This document shows, in pieces, positions 15,431 to 28,263 of a stretch of 64,000 nt of DNA. Every line of letters starts with the position of its first letter. The stretch's first letter is position 1. The notes under the pieces are model-generated. The model saw only the letters and a program-made list of their open reading frames with translations. It did not search any database and was not told the origin of the DNA. The stretch is from positions 30,876,001-30,940,000 of the forward strand of contig OX597824.1 in the NCBI GenBank assembly GCA_951406725.2. Direction: 5' to 3'. The DNA comes from Octopus vulgaris (lineage: Eukaryota). The translations under genes were made by a program, and so were the position numbers.

Positions 15431-15474
15431 CACACACGCACACACACACACACACGCACACACACACACGCACG

Positions 15475-15518
<44 letters not shown>

Positions 15519-15989
15519 AATGAATGTCCAACACCGCATTGTTCGATAAACTTCTTTTTAGTTTTGCCTTACGGCCACCATTTGTTTCATGCTAAGAACA
15601 TATCTTCATATGTTAATTTTTGAAGCCGATAACAATGAAGAATGGTGTTCCCCTCCGTTTGGGATTAAAACACGAGAAATTATAGAAGTTTCCAATAAAG
15701 TTTGACAAGCTAAACAAGTAATCAAGGGGCGCGACTCTTGGGTCATAACTGTTGAGCGATTATCTCCCATTGTGCTGAATGATCAGTTTGTTTATATTAT
15801 ATTATATTCCTGGATATGTGTAATGATCATATGTTTATATGTTGAGGGAGTTCGTCATGGGGTTATGTGTCTTCTATTTGTGTAGTTCGTATGATGTATA
15901 TACTTAATGTTCACATTCAGAGAAAAAAGACCTATCGTGGCAGGATCGGAAGAGTGCGTGGTGCTTCGTGTTTGAAATGTCGGAGTGTA

Positions 15990-16390
15990 AAATAATGATT
16001 GTGCATTCATAGGGAGGTTTCATTCCTAAATGTTTAAGATGTTATCTTTTGGTTGAATGATATTAAGCTTTCCAGTAATACAAAGCTCACATTTGGCACT
16101 CTGTCCCCTGTATTTTCAGGTTTTAGCAATAATGCGCCTTGTTATCTGGGAGTTGCTTACTCCTCCTTTTTTTACAATGTTTATATTGTATTGGAAAGAG
16201 ATGTCGCATGTCTTTTATTTTTGTCCCTGAAAGACATCAGAAGTTGCGTGTATTTCTCCTTGGCTGAGTTGCCCGTTATTCCGATGTATGTCTTCGTTAC
16301 TCTGTTAGAGTCCTTGTATGCACTCATCAGATCTCAATATAATCGAACGTATATGTTGCAGCAGGTGAGAAGACACTTGCCTCTGGTATC
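15990..16390 (-). mobile_element. Penelope-like GIY-YIG endonuclease fragment
   Basis: Minus strand gives KTYIGITGNSAKEKY..SFRDK..RHATSLS..CELCITGKLNII; degraded. Confidence 0.6.
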
Positions 16391-16429
16391 ATCCTAGAAG
16401 AGCTAAAGCAGGTTTTATTTGAAGAATGT

Positions 16430-16630
16430 GTCAAACTTCTAAGAACAGTTTTGTACCTGTACGAATCAAATATGGAGCAAATTTCTGGCGGACCTTCGTG
16501 AATGTTTTATATAGTTTCACATCAGCTTCGACGATTTGTAACTGAAATCTTCTGAGTAGACGTGTCATTTCTGGTTTTGTGGCTCCCAGCTTTTCAATAT
16601 TTCTACTGAGGCAGTTTAACACGTAGCTAA
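16430..16630 (-). mobile_element. 3' fragment of an RLE non-LTR retrotransposon
   Basis: RNIEKLG..LLRRFQLQIVEADVKLYKTF resembles the C-terminus of the fragment at 39930-40400. Confidence 0.45.
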
Positions 16631-17139
16631 GATCTCCAATATATAAGTAGAAATCTAAATTAATAGCTCGGATGGAGTCTTCATCATTTTCTCTTTCTCT
16701 CTAACATTTAATTTCATGCAGATATCTATTGGGCAAACGATTTCAACTACAATGCACAATTTTATCCCCCTCTATCTCCCCCTCTTCCCCTCTTCTGTCT
16801 CAGATGTCATCCACTGTGATGGATTTTATGGAAGTCTTTACATTGACAGACATTTCACCAGTATTTTATCGAATATGTTGTTATGTCATCCACATCTCTG
16901 TAGATTCATGTATTTGTCTTCCTCACGATTTTTTTTTCTACCGATGACTTTGTATAATGTATATTTGCATGTAGATAGCAAATACAAATCTACATTTAAA
17001 ACTTGCGAACAGTGTTGCATATTTGTACTATTTCACTCACAATTTGAATTTGTGATAAGCTATTTAGCTGGTTGATTTCATTTTCTGAAAACCCTAGCTT
17101 ATCCAGATTATCACTTGCATTTATTCACATGCATGCCCA

Positions 17140-18020
17140 TATCTGTAGCATATTTGTATATATTTGAAGTATCTGCATTTGTCGGTTTGATATATTATTC
17201 TCCTGTATGTATATTGTTCTACTTAATGTAGTTAGTTTCTGAGAGTTTTTCTCGAGTAATGTATCATTACTGAAGTGAACAAACTCGCTTTTAAACCTCT
17301 GCGTATTTTCGACTTTTACCCAACGAGATATAAGCAACAGTCTGCTACCAGTGTTAGTCAACTGTTTGTGAACGCGTTATTCCACTTACATACAGTCCCA
17401 GATATGATCCACTTGAAAATGAAAGGCCATTTTCTCTCAACAGATGATTAAGAGGTTATTGGTGCCTGCTGCTAAACCATAAGAACAGCATCAGGTTGGG
17501 AAAGCAAGACGTTTCTTAATTTCATTCCTTTAAGTTCGTATATCATATTTTTTTTATTTACATTAACTACAGAAATGAACTTTTGTGATATTACTTTGAA
17601 ATTCTCATTCCCATTAAGATGCTATCAGTAACTATTTCATATTAATGTAAAACAAACGTAGTATATTAGAGCTAAGAAAACGTATAATTATTATAAGAAA
17701 ATTCTTTCCACTGACATCTTCACTCACATTACTTTTTAACAGGTATTACCAATGCATGCTTATTTAATTTTTTTCTCTTTTGCCATAAACTGTGGCAATA
17801 ATCAAATTGATATTTTTTGGTAATTTACATGATTTTACATAATCATATTTTCATCAAACTTATTACTACAAAATGTTGCTCTATAAATATATAAACACTG
17901 TAGATGTTTAAACTGAATATTTTAGCTCTATTTACAGATATTGTTAACACCTGTGTTTGAGTAAATGTTTGAATTTAATTATGTGTCATTATTTTCTAAT
18001 TAGTATGTGAGTTTACAATA
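17140..18020 (+). repeat. Diverged ~0.9 kb segment, copy 1 of 3 (others 52140-52885, 61455-62370)
   Basis: Shared blocks include CAACAG-n-TTAAGA..TTATTGG, TTAGAGCTAAGAAAAC and TTTTTCTCTTTTGCCAT. Confidence 0.8.
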
Positions 18021-18042
18021 TAAAATTACTATGCAGATTTAT

Positions 18043-18424
18043 ATCCTTTTCTACTCTAGACACAAGGGGCCATTCGATTAGATCAACCTCAGTACGCAAC
18101 TGGTACTTAATTTATCGACCCCGAAAGGATGAAAGGCAAAGTCGACCTCGACGGAATTTGAACTCAGAACGTAAAGACAGACGAAATACCTATTTCTTTA
18201 CTACCCACAGGGGGCTAAACATAGAGAGGACAAACAAGGATAGACAAACGGATTAAGTCGATTACATCGACCCCAATGCCTAAGTGGTACTTAATTTATC
18301 GACCCCGAAATGATGAAAGGCAAAGTCGACCTCGGCGGAATTTGAACTCAGAACGTAACGGCAGACGAAATACGGCTACGCATTTCGCCCGGCGTGCTAA
18401 CGTTTCTGCCAGCTCGCCGCCTCC
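18043..18424 (-). mobile_element. tRNA-derived SINE (family A) with duplicated 3' part
   Basis: Minus strand GGCGGCGAGCTGGCAGAAACGTTAGC..GAGTTCAAATTCC..GTCGACTTTGCCTTTCATC. 17-bp TSD TTACTATGCA(G/A)ATTTAT at 18026-18042 and 18425-18441. Confidence 0.9.
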
Positions 18425-18694
18425 TTACTATGCAAATTTATGTCGTGGACTTCAAAGTATATTGCGGATTTCTGCGGTCGATAGGTATTTATTTTTTTTA
18501 GATTTTAATTATTTCTGTGGCAAAATAAGCATTTTCACGTCTAATAATTAATAAATAAAAATACAGTACAGTACTGCACTGTATAACCCAGTGATTTTTT
18601 TAAAAATTAAAAGAAAATATTTCGTGTATTGTAGATGAGTAAACAAAGAATCACACATACTCTATGGAAAATGAAACTCAGGAAGTGAGTGTGT

Positions 18695-19029
18695 GGTGTT
18701 GTCTTGCACTTACGGGTAAAATTGTGAATTTATTTCAAGCCCTACGATGTCACCCAAGCGTCTTGCACCTTCTAAGGCTTTCTTCCTTACACAGACAAAA
18801 AAAAAGGTAGCGTCAGCAACTCCCGTCACTATGTTCCACACCCGAAAAAAAGAGAAGACACGGGTTACTCCTAAGGGTGAGAGGAGAATTTATCAAAGCT
18901 TAAATATATAAAAATAATAAAACAAATATATGCAAATTATAAAAATAGTAGTGGCTCTACTTCGCGAATTTTCACCTTTTGCGGGTTTTTTTGAAACGTA
19001 ACACCCGCGATAGTCGAGGGATTACTGTG

Positions 19030-19106
<77 letters not shown>

Positions 19107-19513
19107 GTATGTATATATATATGTATATATATAATTGAAATTGATATGTGCCCATTTAATTACGTATTTTCTGTACACTTCAAAATTGTTTTCCACTTAC
19201 ATATTACTTTTCTCCCTTTTACACACAACTAAACAAAATTGAATATAGCTTATAATATTAAATGTCGGTACTTTTAATAGCTTTCATAATTAACTAAACC
19301 AATTGACATATAATTATAAAATTATAACTTATATTACATGATACTTAGATCATATGTGGGTAAAAATAACCTATTTTACGTAATACTTAGACCATATGTG
19401 CGTAAAAGATATGTATTTATTTTTCTTGTACTTATATGAATGTATGTATATGTATATAGATACACACAATTACGTATGCACACACGTATTTTTGCGCATG
19501 TATGTATTCGTGC
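18695..19513 (-). repeat. Right arm of large inverted repeat
   Basis: Reverse complement of 13265-13347 + 14596-15430, lacking the mariner. Tigger-like end at 19027. Confidence 0.9.
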
Positions 19514-19929
19514 ATATGTGTACATGTATGTATGTAAATCGATATGTGTGTGAGTAACTATACACGTAATTCGACATATTCCTATAAACTATTTCACATG
19601 CTGTTTAATCATATATGTAGATGACTTTATGTACTTTCCTTTGTCTTGTACTTACGAGAAGGCATGCATACACACACTTACGTAAATAATTATGGGCATG
19701 TGGAGATAAATTTTAAGTGTGTATGTGTGTGGACGTGTATTTATGTAAGCGTGTGTATATATATTTTGTGTGTTCGTGCGTGAGCGCATGTGTATACATG
19801 TATGTATATATACATATATGAGTGTGCACGTGTGTGTTCATATATGTATGTTCACGTAAATGTATGTATATATGAGTATATATATGAGTACGTGGAAGAA
19901 ACAATCATGGTTTCATTTGATGTGGTTAA

Positions 19930-21420
19930 CTTATAAACCAGTATACCTCATAATTATGGGCTAGAGGCAATTCAGTCTGGACCAATATCTGGAAGGAATA
20001 CCGGAAGGATTAGCAAAGAATTCATAAGTGAATCGGTTGAATTCATCCTACGAAACAACCACTTCATGTTTGACAACACGTTTTACCGACGAAATCCGGA
20101 ATTGCCATGTGCACTAGGGCAGCCCCAGTCATTGCGAACCTAACAATGGGCTATCTGGAAATAATAATATACCAGGAATCTTTTTCGACCTTTGGAAACC
20201 CTCTTTCCCAATGCATAAAAAAAAAATTGGAAAAGATTCCTAGACGACTGTTTCATCCTCTGGAATGAAAACACTGACAAATTCCTGTAATTCAAAAGAC
20301 TATTAAACAGCGTCAACCCAAACTTACAGTTCACAATGAAATACAACCAAAAGGAGCTCCCATTCTTGGATATACTAATTAAAAAATAAACATAAAAATA
20401 GAAACAGACATATTTTACAAAAAACCACAGACGCCAAACAATATCTACTATATAATTCATGCCACCCAAGACACACCAAAACAAACACCCCCTTCAACCT
20501 TGCCAGAAAAAAAATATCTGAGACTTTAGACTGCAAGAACTCAAAAACACCCTGATTGATAGAAACAAAGAAGCCTTCACCATCATCACCCAAAATTTAC
20601 CAATGCTACATAAGGACCCCAAATTAAAGGAAATTTTACACGCACATAAGATCATTAAAAGCCACAAACAACCGAAATCACTAAAAGAGATTCTCACAAA
20701 GGAAAAATTATTTTCTAAAATAACGGACGCAAAAGTGAAAAAATGTGATCGACCAAATTGCGCAACATGCCCAAACCTTCTAGAAGGATCAGAATTCCTT
20801 TCCAAAGAGGGACAAAAATTCAAAATCCAATCTGACTTTACTTGTGCCTCAGAAAACCTGATTTATGTTATAAGATGCTCGGGCTACTACCAAAACTACA
20901 TAGGGTCCACGGGATTATCACTCAGACGCAGATGCACTCTGCACCGATAGCAGATTGCATTCCCAGAATACTGAATGATATCCTTTACTGAATACATTGA
21001 GAGATACGCAAAGCAACTGCTACCACAATTTGTAATTGTTCCATTTTATCAATGTGCCATTGGAACACCAACACAAGTTCGATTAAATAAGGAAACCTAC
21101 TTCATTGAAAAATATAAGCCAAAACTTAACTATTTCTATCATTTTTTATTAAGGAAACTTACCTCATTGAAAAAATATAAAGCAAAACTTGATGACTTCT
21201 AACATTCTATTCTTTCTAAACCAAATCAGGTTAAATTAATAAAACCTGGTCATTCCCAGCATTTTTGATTATCTCCCTTATACCGAAGAAAATTTCTGAT
21301 TATCTTCCCCTGTCTGGAACTCTCATACTTCACATCATAGCAAAGAGATGACACAATATCGGTAAAGAAATTTGAGACATTTGAAAAGGAAATACGAAAC
21401 CGGTTATTTCTCCAAAAACA
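19930..21420 (+). mobile_element. Penelope-like element: RT C-terminal part + GIY-YIG, decayed
   Basis: GIAMCTRAAPVIANLTMG, RFLDDCF, LPFLDILI, CDRPNCATC, NLIYVIRC..YIGSTG. Confidence 0.9.
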
Positions 21421-22599
21421 ATGTTACTATACACAAAATTTTTCTAACATAACGATTTAAATATATTCTTTAACCATATAACACAAGTCTTCTGTAGTTT
21501 TTTTTCACTCTATTTTGTTTATATATATATATATAATCAGGGGTACGTAGCGTTCCATTAATTAATAAGTCAAAAAGCATGTAATAAATGCACAAACAAA
21601 TGGAAAACAGGCAAAGAAGGTAACCAACTTCTCAATTGTTATCGTCCAGAGGATCAAACGTAGTTTCAAGCCTTACGATAATATTGATTTCTTCTGTTGC
21701 GCCAGAAACAGAAATTACCGCGAAATGGGACCAAACATACAGTACATGGACGTGAAAACAAATAAAGATGCAATACAGAAGTGGACACATGAGCATGAAT
21801 AAATGTGATTCAAGAAGAGATCATTAGTGGGCTGGTAGGGGACAAAGACGAAATAAACAGAATACGGCCTTAGGGCCAGACAGAGACGAAAGTATGGATA
21901 AGGCTCAGAGGAAAATGCTAAAGGATTATAGAGACAGAAGGACAACAAAAAGTGAGGCAGGTTGAAATGGAAGACTAGAGAAAATATGAGCAGTTGCTTC
22001 AGCGATCGGCGTGAAAAAGAAAGGAAAAAGAGAAAAAGGAAAAGGATGACCATGGATCACGTATCAGTAGGAGGGAAAAAAGTAGTAGAAGGCAGAGAGA
22101 GGCACAGAGGGTAGAAAGAGGGTGTGAAAAAGAGAAAGGGAGAGAGAGAAAGAAAGAGAGAGGAATAGGTAGAGGGAGAAAAGAAAAGGAGGGATAAGAA
22201 TAGACGTCGTAGGAATATACAAAAAAACACTATAAATAAAATCAAGGATATATTGCCTTCCATTAATTAATAAGTTAAAAAAGATAATAAATGCACGAAC
22301 GGAAAACAGACACAAAAGGTCACCAACTCCTTATTAGCAATACTGTGCTTTATGATAATATTGTTTCCCTTCTGATGGTGCCAGCAACAAGAAGAAGCTG
22401 CCGGGAAATATACAGGACGTGAAGAGGAGAAATAGAGCGCAAGAAAGAAAAATGAATAAAAAGGCAATACAGATGCTGATATACGAACATGAATAAATGT
22501 GATTCAAGAGGAGACTATTAGTGGACGGGCGAGGGCCAAAGACGAAACAAATAAATATATATGTATATATAGTTGAAAAAATTGGAGTCAGCTAGAGGA

Positions 22600-23032
22600 G
22601 GTTACGTTTGGACACTTATTTTTTAATCACTAGAATTGTTTCCATGTAACGTTGTTCTCTAGATGTTCAGGTACTTGTTTATGCAACTGTTTTCCTGCAT
22701 TATGAGATCTAGTTGTGCTTCCTCAGACGATATGTAAATATTGTCTCCGTAAGTTTAAAATCCTCAGCTTCAAGAACATTCTTATGTCTGTCGTGACCTG
22801 GATTTAGTAGTAGTCTCTGAGCTTATCAAGGTGTGTTGTTGCTGAAGAGCTATTGGCAAACTGATTTGAACGTGTAGATGTAGTGGGATGGCGATTCTCT
22901 TTTTTGTTAAAGTGGTTGCCGTTTAAAAGTGATTGTTATTTTATTTCTTTGTACTGCTGATTTTTCCTTCATGGCTGGTTACACAAACGATTGTCCTTAG
23001 CTAGACCTTAAGATACAATGCTCAGACAGACA

Positions 23033-23086
<54 letters not shown>

Positions 23087-23250
23087 CACATGTCTCTCTC
23101 TCTCTCACACACACATATACATTCACACACACATATACATTCACTAAATTCGGGCCACGACAGACAGAATGTTCTTGAAGCCAAAGATTTTAAACATACG
23201 GAGAAAATATTTATTTATCGCCTGAGGAAGCACAGTGAGATCTTTATAAT
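22600..23250. repeat. Old Penelope-like remnant with partial inverted duplication
   Basis: ~22700-22800 (minus) matches ~23150-23245 (plus). Both carry CTGAGGAAGCAC. Confidence 0.45.
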
Positions 23251-23454
23251 AATTTATTTTCTTTATTAGCTCTGGCAACAGCATGCAAGAAGCATGATGT
23301 AGTTTCCATCATAATTTATTGCACTGATCTTGAATGTGATGGTAATTAATGTTGACAACGAATATGTCTCAGCTGTTGCATTACTCGGAAATTCCCGCCA
23401 GTTGAAAACGTATTTTCAGCATACTTGTCAGAAATGTTTTATCAAAATTTGTTC

Positions 23455-23665
23455 ATTTCCTCCTATTTCCTTTCGACTAAAGGCAAAAGGCCTGAAATTT
23501 TGGGGTAGGGGACTAGTCCATTACATCGATGCCAGTGTTTCACCGGTACTAATTTATCGATTCCGAATGAATGAAGGACAACGTCGACCGCGGTGGAATA
23601 AGAATCCAGAACGTAAAGATGGACAAGGCATTTTGCTCGTCGTGTTAACGATTCTGCCAGCTTGC
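23455..23665 (-). mobile_element. Diverged SINE family A
   Basis: Similar to 18200-18424 (GTACTAATTTATCGA..GAAGG..GTCGACC..CTGCCAGCT). Confidence 0.75.
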
Positions 23666-23989
23666 TGTTTTTCTCATAAATATTCAAAATGTAAGTAAAG
23701 AAACCGCATAATATGGTGACCACGTCCAGTGCACAGCATATTGGACAAGATAAGCAGTAAAGTTGATTTATTTTACTGAAAACATTTTTCAAACAGTGTT
23801 CCAGTATGACCGCAGTTATGTGACTGAATCAATTAAAAAGATTAGGAATTCAACACAATCTAAATTTGGAAAACATTCAAAATTTTCTAATAAATTTCAA
23901 CGAAATATATATAAACTTAAAATATCGTCAACTAAAACCATATTTACAGAATCCTTTTATTTCAGTCTATAACAGAATATTTTTTTTTC

Positions 23990-24240
23990 TTTTTTTCTTC
24001 TTTTTTCTGCCTTTAACCCTCCAATGCGGACCATAGGCCACTTATAGTTGAATTCCATGTCGCATAATTTTTCGCTTCTGTACTTATACTCTGCCATGAA
24101 TGTCCCCCATTTCTTTAGTTCCTTTTATGTTGATCTACGCCACGAGTTATTAGGCCTACCTTTCTTTCTATATCCATCTGGATTCCACTATAAAGCACTT
24201 TTCGCTACATTTGGTGTGTCTTTCTAATTATGCTACCAAT
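23990..24240 (-). mobile_element. RTE LINE 3' end
   Basis: Minus strand WNPDGYRKKGRPNNSWRRS, followed by an A-rich tail. Confidence 0.7.
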
Positions 24241-24360
24241 CCTCATCTTGTTTGTTGTTAACACAACATTTCGGCTGATATACCCTCCAGCCTTCATCAA
24301 GTATCTTAGGGAAATTTCGAACTTGGGTTCTCATTCCTAAGGTATTTTTCGATGTTGTTG

Positions 24361-24395
<35 letters not shown>
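24240..24395 (-). mobile_element. 3' half of the tRNA/(TAA)n/hammerhead element (mutated hammerhead ~24261-24306)
   Basis: Minus strand TTGATGAAGGCTGGAGGGTATATCAGCCGAAATGTTGTGTT, homologous to 36884-36929. Confidence 0.8.
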
Positions 24396-24397
<2 letters not shown>

Positions 24398-26066
24398 TTT
24401 TTTTTTCTTCTTTCAAATTTGCTTCCATTTCTTGCCGAGTGTCTTCCCGACTCCTAGGGCAAAGAAACTCATAGTATACATTGGTAGGCCATTAAACCAA
24501 ACTCAGTAGTTCGTTCATTTTTTTTTTTAAAGTTAAATTAAAATACATGAGCAGCAACAGTTCTCACATCGACAATGCTCTTCTCAATACGTGTGATGTA
24601 TCAGTTAAGACAATCTTTTGCACTTCTTGCAGGGATGGTAAGCCAGGGATCATTCTCATATAATTTTCGGTTCCCTTCTTGATCATTCCTAGTGCTCCTA
24701 CGATCACAGGTATTGTAACCGCCTTGAGATGCCACATTTTCTCAATTTCAATGAGTAGGTCTTTATATTTTCTGAGCTTGTCAAACTCTTTCGCTGAGAT
24801 ATTATGATCACAGGGGATACTCATGTCGATCAATAAGCAAACTTTATTGTTTTGGTCTTTCACAACAATATCTGGTTTATTGGCCTTGATGGTTCGGTCT
24901 GTATGTACTGGAAAGTCCCACAGAATGGTTACATTTTCTCCTTCAGTTACAGCCTCAGGGTGGTGATTATACCACTTGTCGGCAGTTTTGATATTGTAAT
25001 GCCGACTTATTAGCCAGTGGAGATATTGGCCAACTCTGTCATGTCTTAATTTATACTCCACTGGTGCTAAGACTACATCCAGAGATTAGGTGGTCCACTG
25101 TTTCAATCATGTCGTTGCAGAATCGGCATTTTGGGTCTGCTCCATTTTTCATCACATTGGCCTGGTAGTTCCGGGTTAATAGGCTTTGATCTTGAGCAGC
25201 CAGGATGAAACCTTCGCTCTCTGCTTTTAGCCCTGAGCTCCGTAGCCACTGATGGGTTTGCTTCTGGTCAACATCAGCTTGTTTGCTGCGGGTCACATAT
25301 TTGCCGTGCAGAGGTTTCTCCTCCCACCTATCAGCCAATTGCTCGTGCGCTTTTTTCATTGCCATCATTTTCACCTTCTTTGCAACAATAGTTGCCGTAC
25401 TTCCCTCGGGTTGTTCAGTTTGGGTATCCTGCACGAGATCAATAGCAAATTTTTTGCTTTCCTTGATGATAGAATGAAGCTTCTTTCGTCTCTCGTGATT
25501 TTCCACGAGCTTTAGCATCCAGTCATTCGATATTTCGAGATATTTGGCCAGTCCAATTGTGGTTGTTTTGTAAGCTAGTTCAAATTGGATCAGGCCTCGA
25601 CCTCCTTGGGCTCTGGGAAGGTAAAGGCGATCTACGTCTGCCTTTGGGTGGTGCATCCTATTACAACTCAGCAGCTTGCGTATTTTTCTATCTATATTCT
25701 TTACTTCACTCATATTCCAGTTCAACACATTGTAGCTATAAGTAACAACTGGAACTGCTAAGGAATTTATAGCTAACACCTTGTTACGTGCATTTAGTTC
25801 AGATTTCAGGACTGCACGAACTCTCCAATAACATTCCTTCCTGATTTTCTGTTTCATGCTTGCATGCTGAATACCAGAGCCTTCATTTATCCCTAAATAT
25901 TTGTATGTTTGTTCTTGCTCAAGCTCTCTTATGACTGTGTCAACATCTAAGACGACTGAATTTGTGATCTTCACTTTCCTTTCTGGAAAGTCGCCTTGGC
26001 ACACTTCTCAAGTCCAAACTCCATCCCGATCTCATCGCTGAATGCTTTCACGGTGCGCAATAGGCC
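24396..26066 (-). mobile_element. Dong/R4 retrotransposon, subfamily 2, 5'-truncated, frameshifted
   Basis: YKYLGINE, HHPKADVDRLYLPR, CCHC knuckle CRFC..ETVDHLISGC, NKPDIVV..LIDMSIP. Flanked by (TTA)n. Confidence 0.93.

Positions 26067-28261
<2,195 letters not shown>

Positions 28262-28263
<2 letters not shown>

Noticed and set aside
15680-15800. Hammerhead after the minus-strand GIY-YIG fragment
   Set aside because: Only CTGATCA and a distant GAAAC. Stems could not be paired convincingly.
16716-17075. 119-aa ORF as a host gene
   Set aside because: No recognisable motif or splice support; likely a chance ORF.
22620-22730. CTGAGGA-containing hammerhead candidate
   Set aside because: The first core half is present, but no convincing stem II/III partner was found.
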